This document shows, piece after piece, positions 63,810 to 64,000 of a stretch of DNA of 64,000 nucleotides; the first letter of the stretch is position 1, and each line of letters begins with the position of its first letter. The position numbers and the translations under genes are program-made. The DNA comes from Styela clava (Eukaryota): assembly GCF_964204865.1 (NCBI RefSeq), contig NC_135252.1, positions 13,082,001 through 13,146,000 on the forward strand, written 5' to 3'. Below the pieces are notes generated by a model. That model searched no databases, was not told where the DNA came from, and saw only the letters and a list, made by a program, of their open reading frames with translations.

Positions 63810-64000
63810 CAGGGTGGTCCAAAGCTGTCGGCTTCGGCGGGAACAAAATTATTTTTGCATTGTTCGCGGGCCACAATAGTGCCAGGAATAGGTGAACTGT
63901 GCAATAAAAAACAAACACTTTTATTGTGCAAACGCATTGAACGCATTGTCATTTATCAAGCTAGAACATGCAAAAAATACCAAAACACGTACTAAAACCA
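63810..64000. mobile_element. Left end of a hAT-type element, truncated by the window
   Basis: Starts CAGGGTGGTCCAA, nearly the same terminus as 12392-13807, with subterminal GCGGGCCAC. Confidence 0.55.

Overview
AT-rich eukaryotic genomic DNA with compact GT-AG introns. It comes from an invertebrate; an ascidian/tunicate is plausible from gene and repeat style, but that is inference. Most ORF-track entries are noise or exon fragments, so I built spliced models by hand. Gene order: (1) four tandem secreted three-finger (Ly6/uPAR-fold) genes with no GPI tail, 1.1-14.9 kb; (2) a Tctex1-domain dynein light chain (TCTEX1D1/Tctex2-like), 21.6-25.0 kb; (3) an SLC7A4-like cationic amino acid transporter, 31.2-38.0 kb; (4) two tandem Trp-rich lipocalins on the minus strand, 39.1-45.2 kb; (5) two adjacent paralogous secreted precursors, 48.8 kb to the window end. 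The last pair shares an N-terminal region I do not recognise: an internally duplicated Cys/helical module ending in C-x21-C-x3-Y, cut by furin-type sites. Their C-termini differ: two WxxW/CysD domains versus at least 8 EGF repeats, one with RGD. This modular family is the best candidate for an undescribed system; the three-finger array is second. Introns and intergenic DNA carry many non-autonomous DNA transposons (several hAT-type with perfect 8-bp TSDs), Helentron/DINE-like elements, a possible solo LTR and local duplications.
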